Origin: an uncultured Holosporaceae bacterium
GTDB lineage: Bacteria > Pseudomonadota > Alphaproteobacteria > UBA7879 > UBA5542
Direction: 5' to 3'
Length of the DNA: 57,079 nt
Assembly (NCBI GenBank): GCA_964515175.1
Contig: CAZEUR010000003.1
Coordinates: 1 to 57,079 of the forward strand
Shown piece by piece: positions 27,199 through 38,606 of the stretch (position 1 is the stretch's first letter; each line of letters begins with the position of its first letter). The notes beneath the pieces were generated by a model. It made no database searches and was not told the DNA's origin. It worked only from the letters and a program-made list of their open reading frames with translations. Both the position numbers and the translations under genes were made by a program.

Positions 27199-27894
27199 AT
27201 GGCATACGGAAAACGTTTAAGAAAAGTTTATGAAGGAATTGATCGTTCAAAGATTTACGCTTTGGATGAGGCAGTTAAGCTTTTGAAGGCAAATGCAACG
27301 GTAAAATTTGATGAAACCGTTGATGTTTCTATGAACCTAAATGTGGATAGTCGCAAGGCAGACCAGCAAGTTCGAGGGGTCATTCAGTTGCCTCATGGAC
27401 TTGGGAAAACGGTCAAAGTTATTGTGTTCACAAAGGCCGAGCGCGTAGCAGAGGCTCTTAAGGCTGGGGCTGATATCGCGGGATCAGAAGATCTTGTGGA
27501 AGAAGTTATGAAGGGACGCAATGATTTCGATCGTTGTATCGCGACGCCCGATATGATGGTTTTGGTTGGAAAGCTTGGAAAAGTTTTGGGTCCTCGGGGG
27601 CTAATGCCAAATCCAAAGCTTGGAACGGTGACTGCTGACATTGAAAAGGCTGTGAAAGCCCTGAAGTCAGGACAGGTGGAGTATCGTGCAGAGAAAGCGG
27701 GTGTTGTGCAAGCAGGTGTTGGAAAGATTAGTTTTTCTGAGCAAGCTATTTGTGAAAACATTCAGTCTTTAGTGGATGCAGTAAACAAAGCTCGCCCTAC
27801 TGGAGTGAAGGGATCCTTTGTAAAAGGTATTTCCATTAGCTCTACCATGGGGCCTGGTTTGAAGGTGGATTTTGCAACGGCCCAAAAAAATTAA
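27199..27894 (+). CDS. rplA: 50S ribosomal protein L1
   Basis: 231 aa with [24 protein letters not shown] and [16 protein letters not shown]. Confidence 0.98.
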   Translation: MAYGKRLRKVYEGIDRSKIYALDEAVKLLKANATVKFDETVDVSMNLNVDSRKADQQVRGVIQLPHGLGKTVKVIVFTKAERVAEALKAGADIAGSEDLVEEVMKGRNDFDRCIATPDMMVLVGKLGKVLGPRGLMPNPKLGTVTADIEKAVKALKSGQVEYRAEKAGVVQAGVGKISFSEQAICENIQSLVDAVNKARPTGVKGSFVKGISISSTMGPGLKVDFATAQKN

Positions 27895-27903
27895 CATAAT
27901 TGC

Positions 27904-27932
27904 TTGATTTTTAAGAGGTTGTTGTATATAAG
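27904..27932 (+). promoter_or_regulatory. candidate promoter of the rplJL-rpoBC unit
   Basis: TTGATT (27904-27909), 17 nt, TATAAG (27927-27932), just after the rplA stop and ahead of a ~260-nt leader. Confidence 0.45.
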
Positions 27933-28137
27933 TTTCTGAGTCTTGAATTTTTCCAATTTTTTTGGGGAATTTCTTGACTAAGAAATGGATCCAAAGAGGT
28001 ATCTTTGGATTTATGTCTAAGATTGCGGGTGTGCCCTCGACTTCAGTTGAGAACATTTAAAGTTAGCCCGCATGAGACAGGAGTTTAAAACTTGGCTCTG
28101 TGTCTTTATTCTTCGAAAGGGGTTTAAAGAAAGGGGG

Positions 28138-28192
28138 TCGTCTCCTGTAGTTTTAATCGGTGACCATTTGGTCGTATTGTTATCGGAGACGA
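28138..28192 (+). promoter_or_regulatory. rplJ leader stem that can sequester the rplJ Shine-Dalgarno
   Basis: TCGTCTCC (28138-28145) is the exact complement of GGAGACGA (28185-28192), which is the SD 3 nt before the rplJ ATG. Confidence 0.45.
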
Positions 28193-28194
28193 GG

Positions 28195-28701
28195 ATGAAT
28201 CGTATAGAAAAAAGAGAGTTTGTAACCTCTTTAAGGGAAGAACTAGGATCGGCGGCGTTGGTCGTTGTTACTCATCAGTCAGGGTTGACCGTGGAAGAGT
28301 CCACAGATTTGCGTTGCAAGATGAGGGATGCTGGAGCTTCTTTTAGAGTTGTGAAGAACAGTCTTGCACGCATTGTTGTAAGAGATTCTGATTTTTCTGT
28401 TATTGAGTCTCATCTAAAAGGGCCTTCCGCCTTAGCGTTTTCCAAAGACCCAGTTGTGGCTGCCAGGGTGGCAGTTTCCTTCATTGATGAAAATCCAAAA
28501 CTATCAGTTGTTGCGGGTGTTCTTCAGGGTAAGCTATTGGATGCGCAAGCAGTCCATGCTTTGGCAAAGTTGCCATCTTTGGATCAGTTGCGGGCTAAGC
28601 TGTTGGGTCTCTTGATGGCGCCTGCGACAAAGTTGGCGACGGTTATTTCAGAGCCTGGGGCAAGTGTTGCTCGGGTTGTTTCGTCTTATAGTAAAAAGTA
28701 A
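28195..28701 (+). CDS. rplJ: 50S ribosomal protein L10
   Basis: MNRIEKREFVTSLREELGSAALVVVTHQSGLTVEE is an L10 N-terminus. The ATG at 28195 has a GGAGACGAGG SD. The 41-aa upstream extension in the track ORF is leader. Confidence 0.95.
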   Translation: MNRIEKREFVTSLREELGSAALVVVTHQSGLTVEESTDLRCKMRDAGASFRVVKNSLARIVVRDSDFSVIESHLKGPSALAFSKDPVVAARVAVSFIDENPKLSVVAGVLQGKLLDAQAVHALAKLPSLDQLRAKLLGLLMAPATKLATVISEPGASVARVVSSYSKK

Positions 28702-28719
28702 ACTCAGGAGTTAAGAAAA

Positions 28720-29100
28720 ATGTCAAATCTAAATACTATTGTTGAATCATTGTCAAGTCTTACGGTTTTGGAAGCTGCAGAGCTCGTTAAGTTGCTGGAA
28801 GAGAAGTGGGGCGTTTCTGCTGCCGCGCCGGTAGCTGTTGCTGCGGCTCCTGCTGGTGGAGCTGCCGCTGGTGCTGCTGCTGCCGAGAAGACTGAATTTA
28901 CGCTTATGTTGAAGGACGTTGGTCCAAATAAAATCAACGTTATTAAGGAAGTCCGTACAATTACAAACCTTGGCTTAAAAGAAGCAAAGGATTTGGTTGA
29001 GGCTGCTCCTAAGGCGGTTAAGGAAAGTCTTTCTAAGGATGATGCCCAGAAGTTCAAGAAACTTTTGGAAGATGCCGGTGCGACTGTCGAGCTTGCGTAA
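28720..29100 (+). CDS. rplL: 50S ribosomal protein L7/L12
   Basis: 126 aa with an Ala-rich hinge and the C-terminal domain [24 protein letters not shown]. Confidence 0.98.
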   Translation: MSNLNTIVESLSSLTVLEAAELVKLLEEKWGVSAAAPVAVAAAPAGGAAAGAAAAEKTEFTLMLKDVGPNKINVIKEVRTITNLGLKEAKDLVEAAPKAVKESLSKDDAQKFKKLLEDAGATVELA

Positions 29101-29155
29101 TAAGTTTATCTTGTTTCGTATCGAAGCATGGGCTTGAAAAGCTTAGAATGTTTTT

Positions 29156-29202
29156 GCAAGTAAGCGTGTTAAAGAAGGCATGCTTACTTGCCCGTTTTTT
29201 TT
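29156..29202 (+). terminator. intrinsic terminator/attenuator between rplL and rpoB
   Basis: Perfect 10-bp stem GCAAGTAAGC/GCTTACTTGC with a 16-nt loop, followed by CCG and T8 (29195-29202). Confidence 0.7.
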
Positions 29203-29254
29203 ATGGTTGAGTGGTCGTTGTGGCTGCAAATTGGTTCTTGGGTGAGGGATTATA

Positions 29255-32200
29255 ATGGGTAAATCCGCTGTTCGTAGTATTCGCAGAAGTTTTGGTAAAA
29301 TCACAGAAGTCGCGCCTATACCAAACTTAATTGAAGTTCAAAAGAAATCTTACGATAATTTTTTACAGTTTTATGTGCCTCATGCGCAGCGTACAGATAC
29401 AGGTCTTCAGGGAGCCTTGAAGGCTGTTTTTCCCATTAAAGATTTTGTTGGTCATTGTGAATTGCAATATGTTCGCTATGATTTTGATGAGCCTAAGTAC
29501 GATATCGACGAGTGCCGCCAACGCGGACTAACTTATGCAGCGCCTCTCAAAATTACCTTGCAACTTATTGTTTGGGATACGGATTCTGAAACGGGCGCGC
29601 GTTCTGTGCGGGATATTAAGGAACAGGATGTTTACATAGGGGATATGCCCTTGATGACGGAGGAAGGAACTTTCATCATTAATGGGACGGAGCGTGTTAT
29701 AGTTTCTCAGATGCATCGTTCTCCTGGGGTGTTTTTTGACCACGACGAAGGAAAGACGCATACCTCTGGAAAGCTTTTGTTTGGGGCGCGTGTGATTCCT
29801 TATCGTGGGTCTTGGCTTGATATCGAATTTGATGCAAAGGACTTAATTTACGTTCGTATTGATCGTCGCCGTAAAGTTTTGGTTACGACCCTCTTGATGG
29901 CTTTAGATGGCGCAGTTACAGAAAAAGCACGAGAAGAAGCTGCCGCCAAGGGGCAGACAGTTTCTGTTTTGGAAGCTCAAGGTATGAGTCGGGAAGAAAT
30001 TCTCAAAAGTTTCTATAATCTTATTGTCTATGAAAAAGTGGCAAAGGGATGGAAGGCGCCTTTTGTTCCTCGTAGCTATCGGGGTATCAAAATTGCCACC
30101 GATCTGATCGATGCAAAAACAGGAGAGGTTATTCTTGAAGCGGGAACTAAAATGACTCCGCGTCAATTGACTCTTCTGCAAAACGGTCCTGCTCGAGAGA
30201 TTTTGGTGGCAGAAGATCATCTGTTGGGGCGTTACATTTCTTTTGATTTGGTAAACCCAGAGACAGGTGAGGTTATTTTAGAGGCGGGAGAGGAAATCGC
30301 GCGTAGTCACCTTACGGAAATTGATCGTTTGGGTATTACAAACATTTCTACATTAGAAATAGATCACGTAAATGTGGGGCCTTATATCCGAAATACTTTG
30401 GCTGCGGACAAAAATAAAAATCGCCCTGAAGCGTTAGTGGATCTCTACCGCATTCTTCGCCCAGGTGAGCCGCCTACCTTAGAGGGGGCAGATGCCTTGT
30501 TCCACAGCTTGTTTTTTGACTCAGAGAGATATGATTTGTCTCCTGTCGGTCGTGTCAAGATGAATGCCCGTTTAGGGTTTGAAATTGAAGATGTGCCATC
30601 GACACTTCGCAAGAAAGATATCGTCCAAATACTTCGTGTTTTGGTTGATCTGAAAGATGGTCGGGGTGAAATCGATGATATCGACCACCTTGGAAACCGT
30701 CGAGTGCGCTCTGTGGGGGAATTGCTCGAAAATCAATACCGTTTAGGGTTGTTGCGGATGGAGAGAGCCGTTCGTGAACGGATGACATCTGTGGAAGTTG
30801 ATACGGTTATGCCGCATGATTTAATCAATGCGAAACCAGCAACCTCCACCATTCGAGAATTTTTTGCATCTTCTCAGTTGTCTCAATTCATGGACCAAAC
30901 CAATCCTTTGTCTGAAATCACGCACAAGCGTCGGCTTTCAGCTCTTGGGCCTGGAGGGTTGACAAGAGACCGGGCTTCTTTCGAAGTTCGTGACGTGCAT
31001 GTGACTCATTATGGAAGAATTTGTCCAATTGAAACGCCTGAAGGTCAAAATATTGGATTGATTAACTCTCTTGCAACGTATGCGCGTATCAATAAATATG
31101 GGTTCATTGAGACTCCTTATCGCCAAGTTGTAAAGGGCAAGGTGACGGATGAGATCATTTATCTCTCGGCTATCGATGAAGGGCGCTATACAATTGCTCA
31201 GGCAGATACGCCTTTGACAAAGACACACACGTTTGCCCAAGAATTCGTGAGCTGCCGCTCTAAGGGGGAATTTATCACAGCTCCTTCTTCTCAGGTTGAG
31301 CTCATTGACGTTTCTCCAAAGCAGTTGGTGTCTGTGGCTGCATCTCTTATTCCTTTCTTGGAAAATGATGACGCAAACCGTGCTCTGATGGGATCAAACA
31401 TGCAACGACAAGCGGTGCCTTTGCTTCGCGCAGAAGCACCTCTCGTGGGAACAGGTATGGAGAAAAACGTAGCCCGTGATTCTGGAGTTGTCGTGATTGC
31501 ACGTCGAACTGGTGTGGTGGATCAGGTTGATGCGCAACGCATTGTTGTAAAAGTAACAGATCCTGCTGCCATGAAAGAGCAGGGTGTTGATATTTATACG
31601 CTTCAGAAATTTCAGCGTTCCAACCAAAACACTTGTATTACGCAGCGACCTCTTGTGAAAGTAGGTGACGTTGTTCAAGCTGGTGAGGTGATTGGAGATG
31701 GTCCTTCCACAGATAAAGGAGAGCTTGCCTTGGGACGAAATGTTCTCGTGGCATTCATGTCTTGGAATGGATACAATTTCGAGGACTCCATCATGATTTC
31801 TGAAAGAATCGTGAAAGACGATGTCTTTACTTCTATCCATATTGAAGAATTTGAGGTGATGGCTCGCGATACGAAGTTGGGGGCTGAAGAAATTACCCGT
31901 GATATTTCTAACGTAGGAGAAGAGGCTCTTCGTCATTTGGATGAGACAGGTATTGTTTACATCGGTGCCGAGGTGAATCCAGGGGACATTTTGGTTGGAA
32001 AGGTGACGCCAAAAGGTGAGACGCCTTCAACTCCGGAAGAGAAGCTTTTGCGGGCTATCTTTGGAGAAAAAGCCTCTGATGTTCGGGATAGCTCTTTAAG
32101 GTTGCCTCCGGGAACGACAGGTACCGTTGTGGATGTGAGGGTTTTCTCGCGCCGTGGTATTGAGAAGGACGAGCGTTCTTTGGCCATTGAAAAAGCCGAG

Positions 32201-33430
32201 ATTAATCGTTTGGCAAAGGATAGAGATTCTGAAAAATCTATTCTTGAGCGAAATTTCTATAATCGCTTGGCAGAAGCTCTCAAGGGGCAAAAGCTTGTTA
32301 AAGGACCAAAAGGGGCCAAGGCAAATTCCATTGTGACGGAAGATCTGTTGGCTGAGTATACTCGTGGGCAATGGCGTCAAATAGTTGTTGATAGTGCAGA
32401 CGTTATGGACACTATCGAGAATGTAAGCCGTCAGTTTGACGATAGCATTAAGGCTGTGGAAGATCGTTTTGAAAATAAGGCAGAGAAAGTTCGTCGTGGA
32501 GATGAAATGATGCCAGGTGTTTTAAAGATGGTAAAAGTGTTTGTTGCGGTTAAGCGCAAACTTCAGCCAGGAGACAAGATGGCAGGTCGTCACGGAAACA
32601 AAGGTGTAATTTCTTGCATTACACCAATTGAAGACATGCCGTACCTAGAAGACGGGACGCCTATCGATATCATCTTGAACCCCCTTGGTATTCCGTCGCG
32701 AATGAACGTAGGGCAAATCCTAGAGACTCATTTGGGATGGGCATCTGCAGGTTTGGGTAAGCAAGTTAATGCAATGGTAGAGCAGATTCGTAATGGAGAG
32801 AAGTCTCTATCCGACCTGAAGAAGACATTCTCTACTATTTATGTGGATGAAGAATCCAGTAAGGTTGTCAAAGGTTTGTCTGATGAAGAGATCATGACTG
32901 TAGCGTCTAGTATGGGAGTGGGAGTGCCTATGGCAACGCCCGTTTTTGACGGTGCTAGCGTTCAGGATGTGGCGCAGCAACTAACAGAGGCCGGCTTAAA
33001 CTCTTCTGGTCAGGTGACGTTGATTGATGGTCAAACAGGAGAGCCTTTCAGCCGCCCTGTGACGGTTGGATACATGTATATGCTGAAGCTAGACCATTTG
33101 GTAGACGATAAAATCCATGCGCGATCTATCGGTCCGTACAGCTTAGTAACGCAGCAACCGCTGGGTGGTAAAGCTCAGTTCGGAGGCCAGAGGTTTGGAG
33201 AAATGGAAGTGTGGGCCTTGCAAGCTTATGGAGCAGCCTATACTCTCCAAGAGATCCTAACGGTGAAATCAGACGATGTGGCAGGCCGTACGAAGGCTTA
33301 CGAAGCCATCATCCGCGGTGACAATAGCTTTGAGTCAGGTGTTCCTGAATCCTTTAATGTTTTGGTAAAAGAAATCAAATCATTGGGGCTCAATATGGAG
33401 TTGAAAGAAGAAGTCATATCAGGAAATTAA
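29255..33430 (+). CDS. rpoB: DNA-directed RNA polymerase subunit beta
   Basis: 1391 aa with conserved blocks, e.g. [56 protein letters not shown]. Confidence 0.99.
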   Translation: MGKSAVRSIRRSFGKITEVAPIPNLIEVQKKSYDNFLQFYVPHAQRTDTGLQGALKAVFPIKDFVGHCELQYVRYDFDEPKYDIDECRQRGLTYAAPLKITLQLIVWDTDSETGARSVRDIKEQDVYIGDMPLMTEEGTFIINGTERVIVSQMHRSPGVFFDHDEGKTHTSGKLLFGARVIPYRGSWLDIEFDAKDLIYVRIDRRRKVLVTTLLMALDGAVTEKAREEAAAKGQTVSVLEAQGMSREEILKSFYNLIVYEKVAKGWKAPFVPRSYRGIKIATDLIDAKTGEVILEAGTKMTPRQLTLLQNGPAREILVAEDHLLGRYISFDLVNPETGEVILEAGEEIARSHLTEIDRLGITNISTLEIDHVNVGPYIRNTLAADKNKNRPEALVDLYRILRPGEPPTLEGADALFHSLFFDSERYDLSPVGRVKMNARLGFEIEDVPSTLRKKDIVQILRVLVDLKDGRGEIDDIDHLGNRRVRSVGELLENQYRLGLLRMERAVRERMTSVEVDTVMPHDLINAKPATSTIREFFASSQLSQFMDQTNPLSEITHKRRLSALGPGGLTRDRASFEVRDVHVTHYGRICPIETPEGQNIGLINSLATYARINKYGFIETPYRQVVKGKVTDEIIYLSAIDEGRYTIAQADTPLTKTHTFAQEFVSCRSKGEFITAPSSQVELIDVSPKQLVSVAASLIPFLENDDANRALMGSNMQRQAVPLLRAEAPLVGTGMEKNVARDSGVVVIARRTGVVDQVDAQRIVVKVTDPAAMKEQGVDIYTLQKFQRSNQNTCITQRPLVKVGDVVQAGEVIGDGPSTDKGELALGRNVLVAFMSWNGYNFEDSIMISERIVKDDVFTSIHIEEFEVMARDTKLGAEEITRDISNVGEEALRHLDETGIVYIGAEVNPGDILVGKVTPKGETPSTPEEKLLRAIFGEKASDVRDSSLRLPPGTTGTVVDVRVFSRRGIEKDERSLAIEKAEINRLAKDRDSEKSILERNFYNRLAEALKGQKLVKGPKGAKANSIVTEDLLAEYTRGQWRQIVVDSADVMDTIENVSRQFDDSIKAVEDRFENKAEKVRRGDEMMPGVLKMVKVFVAVKRKLQPGDKMAGRHGNKGVISCITPIEDMPYLEDGTPIDIILNPLGIPSRMNVGQILETHLGWASAGLGKQVNAMVEQIRNGEKSLSDLKKTFSTIYVDEESSKVVKGLSDEEIMTVASSMGVGVPMATPVFDGASVQDVAQQLTEAGLNSSGQVTLIDGQTGEPFSRPVTVGYMYMLKLDHLVDDKIHARSIGPYSLVTQQPLGGKAQFGGQRFGEMEVWALQAYGAAYTLQEILTVKSDDVAGRTKAYEAIIRGDNSFESGVPESFNVLVKEIKSLGLNMELKEEVISGN

Positions 33431-33454
33431 CGGGAATTTTAAGAGGGAAAAATA

Positions 33455-36400
33455 ATGAGTAGAGAGCTGCAAAAAGTTTTGGGGCAAGTTGTTACCCCGA
33501 ATAATTTCGGGGAGATTAAAATCTCCATTGCGAGCCCGGAGCGTATTAAATCGTGGTCTTTTGGAGAAGTAAAAAAACCGGAAACCATTAACTATCGTAC
33601 CTTTAAGCCCGAAAAAGATGGTCTTTTCTGTGCCCGTATTTTTGGTCCCGTAAAGGACTATGAATGTTCTTGTGGTAAGTATCGCCGCTTGAAATTCCGC
33701 GGTGTTGTGTGTGAGAAGTGCGGTGTAGAGGTTACTCTCTCTAAGGTTCGTCGAGAACGCATGGGGCACATTGATTTGGCTGCTCCTGTTGCTCATATTT
33801 GGTTTTTGAAGTCTCTTCCCAGCCGTACGGGCATGCTGCTTGATATGACTTTGAAAGATTTGGAACGCATTCTTTATTTTGAAAACTACGTGGTTCTAGA
33901 TCCCGGTTTGACTTCTTTGAAGAAGAATCAGCTGTTGTCCGAAGAGGAATTTGCGGATGCACAGGATAAGTTTGGAGAGGATGCCTTTACGGCTCAGATC
34001 GGAGCAGAAGCTCTGAATACTCTTCTGTCTTCTTTGGACTTAAAAAAAGAACAAGAAGAACTACGCCAGGAGTTAAAAGAGGGCACGTCAGAAGCGCGCC
34101 GGAAGAAGGTTGTGAAGCGTTTAAAGATTGTGGAAGCTTTCTTGGAATCTGGATCAAAACCCGAATGGATGATTTTAAAGGTTCTGCCTGTTATATCGCC
34201 GGATCTACGGCCTTTGGTGCCGCTAGATGGGGGGCGTTTTGCCACCTCAGACTTGAACGATCTCTATCGTCGGGTGATAAACAGAAACAATCGTTTAAAG
34301 AGACTGCTTGAACTTAAAGCCCCTGATATCATTGTGCGCAATGAAAAGCGTATGTTGCAGGAATCTGTAGACGCTTTGTTTGATAACGGTCGTCGGGGAC
34401 GCGTGATTACGGGAACCAATAAGCGTCCTTTGAAGTCACTTTCCGATATGTTGAAAGGAAAGCAAGGGCGTTTCCGTCAAAACCTTCTCGGAAAACGTGT
34501 GGACTATTCCGGTCGTTCCGTGATCGTGGTAGGTCCTGAGCTGAAGCTACATCAGTGTGGATTGCCTAAGAAGATGGCTCTAGAGCTTTTCAAGCCTTTC
34601 ATTTATTCCAAACTAGAGAAATACGGTATCGTGCCAACGGTTAAGGCAGCGAAGAAGCTAGTGGAAAAAGAACGTCCCGAAGTTTGGGATATCTTGGAAG
34701 AAGTAATCCGGGAACACCCTGTTCTTTTGAACCGTGCCCCCACGCTTCACCGTTTAGGGATTCAGGCTTTTGAGCCGATTCTTGTGGAAGGAAAAGCCAT
34801 TCAATTACATCCTCTCGTATGTGCTGCCTTTAACGCAGACTTTGATGGAGACCAAATGGCTGTTCACGTGCCACTCTCTTTGGAGGCGCAATTGGAAGCT
34901 CGCGTGTTGATGATGTCTACCAATAACATCCTCAGCCCTGCAAACGGTCGTCCTGTGATTGTTCCTACAAAAGACATTGTTTTAGGACTTTACTATTTGA
35001 CGAACGAGAGACCCAACCAAAAGGGCGAAGGTATGAGCTTTGCGTCTATTGGAGAAATCGAACGGGCTTTGGAAGATAATGTTGTTTCTTTGCATGCAAA
35101 GATCAAGGCGCGCTACGAAGGAGTAGACGAGCATGGCAATTCAAAAATTGTACGGATAGACACAACTCCCGGCAGGATGATTTTGTCTGAAATTTTCCCC
35201 CGTCATAAAGATCTGGACTTCAGCCTCATCAATCGTTTGATCACGTCAAAAGAGATTACCTCTTTGCTAGATGCGGTCTATCGCCATTGTGGGCAAAAAG
35301 AAACCGTTGTGTTCGCGGATCGGGTGATGAAGCTTGGGTTCCGTTGGTTGACACTCTCTGGTATTTCTTTTGGTATGGATGATCTTGTGATTCCAAAGGC
35401 AAAAGAAAAGCTTATTAAGGAAACTCAAGCAAAAGTGACGGAATACGAGCAGCAATATCTTGATGGTCTTATCACGCAGGGAGAAAAATACAACAAGGTT
35501 GTGGATATCTGGTCTCAGTGTGGTGATCTTGTTGCCAATGAAATGATGAAAGAAATCGCAACTGTTGCTGATGATAGGCCTTTGAATTCCGTTTACATGA
35601 TGGCCCATTCTGGGGCTCGTGGATCGCCAGCTCAGATGAAGCAGTTGGCAGGTATGCGTGGATTGATGGCCAAACCATCAGGTGAAATCATTGAAACACC
35701 AATCATCTCTAACTTTAAAGAAGGTTTGACCGTTCTTGAGTACTTTAACTCAACCCACGGAGCGCGTAAGGGGCTTTCCGATACAGCCTTGAAGACAGCA
35801 AATTCAGGATATCTGACTCGCCGTCTTGTGGATGTGGCCCAGGATTGTGTGGTCGTTGAAGATGATTGTGGAACCACAAAGGGTATTACCATCAGATCTG
35901 TGACAGAGGGTGGAAATATTATCGTTCCTTTGAGCGACCGTATTTTGGGCCGTGTTCCTGTGGAAGATATCGTGGATCCTTTGTCTGGCGAGATGATTGT
36001 ACAAGGTGGACAGCTCATTGATGAGGCGATCGTCGAACGCTTGAGTCTCACCAATATTGATAGCATTTTGATGCGTTCTGGGCTCACATGTGAGACAGAG
36101 AGAGGTATTTGTGCCGCTTGCTATGGTCGTGACCTCGCACGAGGAACGAAGGTGAATAAAGGAGAGGCCGTTGGTGTTATTGCGGCCCAGTCCATTGGTG
36201 AGCCTGGAACACAGTTGACCATGAGAACGTTCCATATCGGAGGAACGGCGCAAGGGGCCATGGAAGAATCCAGTATGGACTCTCCTTGTGAAGGAACGAT
36301 TGTTATTAAGAATAAAAACCTTATCTCTCTTGAGGATGGCACGAAAGTAGTTATGGGCCGTTATACAGAAATTGTTGTTCTGGATAGTCAAAACAGAGAA

Positions 36401-37624
36401 AAGGTTTCTCGTCGTTTGGTTTATGGATCGAAAGTTTTGGTGGAAGATGGCCAGAAGGTAAAGATGGGTCAGAAGTTAGCCATGTGGGATCCTTATACGA
36501 TTCCAATTCTCACAGAATGTGATGGTGTGGCGGGCTTTGTTGATCTTATTGATGGCGCCTCTGTTCGAGATGTGGTGGACGAAGAAACAGGAATTGCCAA
36601 CCGTGTTGTCGTGGACTGGCGTTCTGGATCCAAGGCTGCAACCTTGAAACCACGAGTGGTTATTAAGGGTAAGGATGGAGACACTTTGATGCTAGCCAAT
36701 GGTCTGGAAGCTCGATACTTCTTGCCTGTGGATGCAATTCTAACCGTTGAAAATGGTCAGAAAGTAAAAGCAGGAGATGTGCTCGCTCGTATTCCTCGGG
36801 AATCTTCAAAGACTCGAGATATTACGGGAGGATTGCCGCGGGTAATTGAGTTGTTTGAAGCTCGTATTCCGAAAGAATTTGGTATCATCTCTGAGTGTTC
36901 AGGGCGTGTTGAGTTTGGAAAAGACTATAAGGCAAAGCGTCGCATTGTAGTGACACCAGAGGATACGAACCTACAACCTGTGGAATATTTGATTCCGAAA
37001 GGACGCCATGTGTCCGTTCGGGAGGGTGACTATGTCCAGAAGGGAGACCTTTTGATGGATGGAAAGCCTGTTCCGCACGATATTTTGCGTATTTTGGGTG
37101 TAGAAGCTTTGGCGGAATACCTAGTGGCAGAAATTCAGTCTATTTATCGCCTCCAAGGTGTGAAGATTGATGATAAGCACATTGAAGTGGTTATCCGTCG
37201 AATGCTTCAGAAGGTGGAAATTACGGATGCAGGGGATACAACATTCATGGTAGGTGAGGAGGTCAATGAAATGGAACTCATTGAAATCAATAAAACTATG
37301 GAGAAAGAGGGTCTTCGCGCGGCAGTAAGCCGACCCGTCTTGCAAGGGATCATGAAAGCATCTCTTCAGACGAGCTCCTTCTTCTCAGCAGCTTCCTTCC
37401 AGGAAACAACCCGAGTCCTTACAGAGGCGGCTGTGTCTGGTAAGGCAGATAAGCTGATTGGGCTCAAAGAAAACGTGATTGTGGGACGCCTCATTCCAGC
37501 AGGAACAGGTGCTATTCTCCGAGATTATAAGAAGTTAGCTGCAGACAGAGACACTTCTGGTCGTGAATTGCGGGATAGCAAAGAAACCGTTATTATCGAT
37601 GAATTGCCCTCTCTGAGTGCGTAA
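33455..37624 (+). CDS. rpoC: DNA-directed RNA polymerase subunit beta-prime
   Basis: 1389 aa with zinc motif [14 protein letters not shown] and catalytic [12 protein letters not shown]. Confidence 0.99.
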   Translation: MSRELQKVLGQVVTPNNFGEIKISIASPERIKSWSFGEVKKPETINYRTFKPEKDGLFCARIFGPVKDYECSCGKYRRLKFRGVVCEKCGVEVTLSKVRRERMGHIDLAAPVAHIWFLKSLPSRTGMLLDMTLKDLERILYFENYVVLDPGLTSLKKNQLLSEEEFADAQDKFGEDAFTAQIGAEALNTLLSSLDLKKEQEELRQELKEGTSEARRKKVVKRLKIVEAFLESGSKPEWMILKVLPVISPDLRPLVPLDGGRFATSDLNDLYRRVINRNNRLKRLLELKAPDIIVRNEKRMLQESVDALFDNGRRGRVITGTNKRPLKSLSDMLKGKQGRFRQNLLGKRVDYSGRSVIVVGPELKLHQCGLPKKMALELFKPFIYSKLEKYGIVPTVKAAKKLVEKERPEVWDILEEVIREHPVLLNRAPTLHRLGIQAFEPILVEGKAIQLHPLVCAAFNADFDGDQMAVHVPLSLEAQLEARVLMMSTNNILSPANGRPVIVPTKDIVLGLYYLTNERPNQKGEGMSFASIGEIERALEDNVVSLHAKIKARYEGVDEHGNSKIVRIDTTPGRMILSEIFPRHKDLDFSLINRLITSKEITSLLDAVYRHCGQKETVVFADRVMKLGFRWLTLSGISFGMDDLVIPKAKEKLIKETQAKVTEYEQQYLDGLITQGEKYNKVVDIWSQCGDLVANEMMKEIATVADDRPLNSVYMMAHSGARGSPAQMKQLAGMRGLMAKPSGEIIETPIISNFKEGLTVLEYFNSTHGARKGLSDTALKTANSGYLTRRLVDVAQDCVVVEDDCGTTKGITIRSVTEGGNIIVPLSDRILGRVPVEDIVDPLSGEMIVQGGQLIDEAIVERLSLTNIDSILMRSGLTCETERGICAACYGRDLARGTKVNKGEAVGVIAAQSIGEPGTQLTMRTFHIGGTAQGAMEESSMDSPCEGTIVIKNKNLISLEDGTKVVMGRYTEIVVLDSQNREKVSRRLVYGSKVLVEDGQKVKMGQKLAMWDPYTIPILTECDGVAGFVDLIDGASVRDVVDEETGIANRVVVDWRSGSKAATLKPRVVIKGKDGDTLMLANGLEARYFLPVDAILTVENGQKVKAGDVLARIPRESSKTRDITGGLPRVIELFEARIPKEFGIISECSGRVEFGKDYKAKRRIVVTPEDTNLQPVEYLIPKGRHVSVREGDYVQKGDLLMDGKPVPHDILRILGVEALAEYLVAEIQSIYRLQGVKIDDKHIEVVIRRMLQKVEITDAGDTTFMVGEEVNEMELIEINKTMEKEGLRAAVSRPVLQGIMKASLQTSSFFSAASFQETTRVLTEAAVSGKADKLIGLKENVIVGRLIPAGTGAILRDYKKLAADRDTSGRELRDSKETVIIDELPSLSA

Positions 37625-37642
37625 AACTATTCAACGTTGAAG

Positions 37643-37679
37643 CGCCACCCCTCCATTGATGGGGTGGCGTTTTTGTTTT
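37643..37679 (+). terminator. rho-independent terminator after rpoC
   Basis: 9-bp GC-rich stem CGCCACCCC/GGGGTGGCG with a 9-nt loop, then TTTTTGTTTT. Confidence 0.8.
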
Positions 37680-38067
37680 GGAAAAGCTTGACGTTTGCAG
37701 ATTGTCTGTGAGATGCTTTGGGGGAGTAAAAGACTGCTCTTAATTTTCTGAAAATTTTTCAGGCAAAAGAACGTTCTGCTGGGGTTTCTGTAAACTAGTT
37801 AATTTTAGACACGTAAATCGAACTTCATAGTTTAAATGGGAGCATTTTCTTATGAGGGGGTGTGATCCAGCCTCTTGACAGCTCAATGAATTAGAATTAC
37901 TTAAGAAGAATGATTTTAAGTTCCTACACTAAGAATTTGTGTTTTCTCTATAAGCGATAAGGCTTTTACCTTTTATAGCTAGTCTTGTGGCACAGAAAGA
38001 TTAGAAGTTATATATCCTCATCATTAGTTATGAAGGTTTTTCTAAGGTTGAATTACGTTCTGGAGTT

Positions 38068-38343
38068 GTGGTCAAAGCAGAGGAGTTTCAAAAGCCTGCT
38101 TATAAAATATGGGTGGATTTTGGCGATGAAATTGGCATTAAACAAGCATCCACCCAAGTTACAAAGCACTATACATCTGAAACTCTCATGGGTCGATTGG
38201 TGATTGGCTGTATTAATCTTGCGCCCCGAAACATTGCAGGGTTCATGTCGGAGTTTTTGTTGGTTGGATTTCCTGATAGCTCTGGTGCTGTCTGTCTTGT
38301 AACAGCGGATCCTGTTGTGCCTAGAGGACAAAAGCTTTTCTAG
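38068..38343 (+). CDS. csaA: tRNA-binding (EMAP/OB-fold) protein, CsaA-like; N-terminus uncertain
   Basis: VVKAEEFQKPAYKIWVDFGDEIGIKQASTQVTKHY...NLAPRNIAGFMSEFLLVG closely resembles CsaA as I recall it. Homology continues upstream in frame to ~38020, where there is no ATG/GTG/TTG. Confidence 0.75.
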   Translation: MVKAEEFQKPAYKIWVDFGDEIGIKQASTQVTKHYTSETLMGRLVIGCINLAPRNIAGFMSEFLLVGFPDSSGAVCLVTADPVVPRGQKLF

Positions 38344-38361
38344 AAGATAGCCTGTTATCCC

Positions 38362-38407
38362 GTCGTCATTTCTAGGGGCGCATCCGGAGATCCCTGGGAA
38401 TGACGAC
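38362..38407. repeat. 46-nt palindromic hairpin element downstream of csaA (REP-like or terminator-like)
   Basis: 16-bp stem: GTCGTCATT+TCTAGGG pairs with CCCTGGG+AATGACGAC (two G-U pairs), with a 14-nt loop. No T-tract follows. Confidence 0.5.
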
Positions 38408-38491
38408 ACGGTTAATAACTTTTTGGAAGGGGTATTAAATTCCTAAAACCTCAAATTATCATAAAAATTTCAACTTTTTTGCAAAATACTC

Positions 38492-38520
38492 TTGACGAAA
38501 CCTTACGCTCTGCCTATTAT
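38492..38520 (+). promoter_or_regulatory. candidate str-operon promoter
   Basis: TTGACG (38492-38497), exactly 17 nt, TATTAT (38515-38520), about 85 nt upstream of the rpsL ATG. Confidence 0.55.
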
Positions 38521-38606
38521 GCGGGACGTTAACTAGTGTTTGAGTCTCTTTATTGACCTCGAAAATGTCAGAAGAGATTGTTTTTTTATTTAGATTTAGG
38601 TGAGTA

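Noticed and set aside
27989-28010. 9-bp hairpin ATCCAAAGA-ggta-TCTTTGGAT considered as the rplKA terminator.
   Set aside because: It is followed by TTATG rather than a T-tract and lies downstream of the best rplJ promoter candidate. I treat it as part of the L10 leader instead.
28072-28194. 41-codon N-terminal extension of the rplJ track ORF (MRQEFKTWLCVFILRKG...).
   Set aside because: L10 homology begins at MNRIEKREF (28195), which has its own strong SD. The extension lies in the structured leader.
28706-28722. Shared GGAGTTAAGAA(A/G)AATG sequence in front of rplL and both tuf genes, considered as a dispersed repeat or regulatory box.
   Set aside because: It is only ~15 nt long and consists of the SD plus spacer of highly expressed genes. 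Convergent optimal initiation regions explain it more simply than a mobile or regulatory element.
28704-29057. 117-aa minus-strand ORF with a poly-Ala stretch.
   Set aside because: It is a mirror image of the rplL Ala-rich hinge on the opposite strand and is not an independent gene.
37985-38203. 72-aa plus-strand ORF upstream of and overlapping csaA.
   Set aside because: It is out of frame with the clearly homologous CsaA reading frame and has no recognisable motifs.
38053-38409. 118-aa minus-strand ORF starting MSSFPGISGCAPRNDDGITG.
   Set aside because: It starts inside the palindromic hairpin and runs antisense through csaA. This is the kind of artefactual ORF that palindromic repeats generate.
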